Positions 62,990-64,000 of a DNA stretch of 64,000 bases are shown piece after piece. Source of the DNA: Lama guanicoe (taxonomy: Eukaryota); assembly GCA_013239625.1 (NCBI GenBank), contig MU054466.1:992001-1056000 (forward strand), read 5' to 3'. The notes under the pieces are model-generated. The model saw nothing but the letters and a program-made list of their open reading frames with translations. It was not told where the DNA came from and did no database searches. Both the position numbers and the translations under genes were made by a program. The number at the start of each line of letters is the position of its first letter. The first letter of the stretch is position 1.

Positions 62990-63345
62990 TGTCCTGCTGT
63001 GGTTAATTTGCGTTTCCCTAACAGTTAGTGATGGGGCGCATCTTCTTGTGTGCTTGTTGGCCATTCTTAAATTCTCTTTGGTAAAGTGTTTCTTCACGTC
63101 TTTTGTTCATTTTTAAGTTGAGTTAGGTATTTTCCTCTAATTTTTGGGTTTGGAAATATCTTCATGGATTCTGGACGCACATTCTTTGTCACCTATGTGA
63201 TCTGCAAATATCTTCCCCAAGTCTGTGGCTTGTCTCTTCTCTCTCACAGCAGTATCTTCCAGAGAGAAAACATTTTAAATTTTGATGAAGTCCAATTTAC
63301 CAATTTCTTCTTTTGAGGATTGTGCTTAGGGTGTCAAGTTGCTGT
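62990..63345 (-). mobile_element. Old L1 ORF2 C-terminal remnant
   Basis: ORF 62852..63097 KHFTKENLRMANKHTRRCAPSLTVRETQI resembles L1 ORF2 [29 protein letters not shown]. Confidence 0.8.
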
Positions 63346-64000
63346 GCACATTTTAAATCTGAGACAGTGACAGGACGGGAGCCACCGTCCAGACACCGAA
63401 GTCGTAAAGGGAGGGCCTGCGTGTGGGAGGGACCACAGGGACACGTCCAGAGACCTGGCTGCCAGGCTGTGGGTGGGAACTGAATGCCAGGTTCCTCTTC
63501 AGTAAAACGGGGGTTAACTAACTTTAAAAACAATTTTTTTTAATTATGCAATTTTTAAGAGCTCTTTTTAGTCTATAGAACTCAGAACACGTGACACTGT
63601 CTGTCTAGGCCCCTGTGGCTCATCAGACAGGAGCAGAGCTCAGTTGGGGACGGTCACAACTGTGCTGAGTGACCAGGAGGGGCCAGGCCAGATGGAGATG
63701 GAGCCGGGACCCCGCCCAGCATGCGAGACGGGGTGCGGGAGGGCCAGGCAACTGAGCCTGCTCCCAGGAGCTCTGGAGACACCCACAGTCACCGGCGGTC
63801 ACCTCGGTGACGAACAGGACGTCCTCCAGACCGAAACCTCGTCGGGGAACCGAACCAGACAAGCCAGTTGACCGGGCAGATCAAGCGTCCTCTCGTTTCA
63901 GACTCCTCTCTGCATGGCGCTTCTTGACGGCTGCACTGTGTGTTTAGCACTCTCTGGTCCCAGCCCTCCTGGAGGTGAGGGGGGTCGTGAGGGTGTGGCC

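Larger units (their letters stand above)
1..64000 (-). other. RPTOR: Internal part of the RPTOR gene (intron 7 to intron 21); no gene start or end in the window
   Basis: 14 colinear minus-strand exons translate to recognisable Raptor peptides and join into one 1,630-nt open frame with consistent intron phases. Confidence 0.98.

Noticed and set aside
43698-64000. Search for RPTOR exon 7 (FCMQK...LDLIEK-like) or a nested gene
   Set aside because: No matching sequence found by eye; exon 7 presumably lies beyond the window, and no ORF here resembles a known protein other than L1 remnants

Overview
This is GC- and CpG-rich mammalian genomic DNA lying entirely inside RPTOR (Raptor, the mTORC1 scaffold subunit), which is on the minus strand. 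I located 14 consecutive coding exons, equivalent to human exons 8-21 (exon and residue numbers are recalled from the human gene). All have canonical GT-AG boundaries, and they splice into one open frame of 1,630 nt (about residues 297-840: end of the RNC domain, armadillo/HEAT solenoid and phospho-regulated linker). Exons 7 and 22 were not found and probably lie outside the window. Two tRNA-derived SINEs resemble the camelid Vic-1 family, suggesting camel, alpaca or llama. The introns hold nested L1 fragments, an MLT1 solo LTR, hAT DNA-transposon remnants, MIR/L2 relics, microsatellites and a 267-bp tandem duplication. I see no convincing evidence of a wholly new biological system, and most of the ORF track is GC-rich noise. 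The best leads are: (1) apparent substitutions at or beside Raptor regulatory sites (T700A, Y605C, A578G, Y374S); (2) one-directional A/T-versus-G/C divergence between repeat copies; (3) a speculative in-frame 33-nt microexon between two enhancer-like AT-rich islands; (4) a candidate poison exon.
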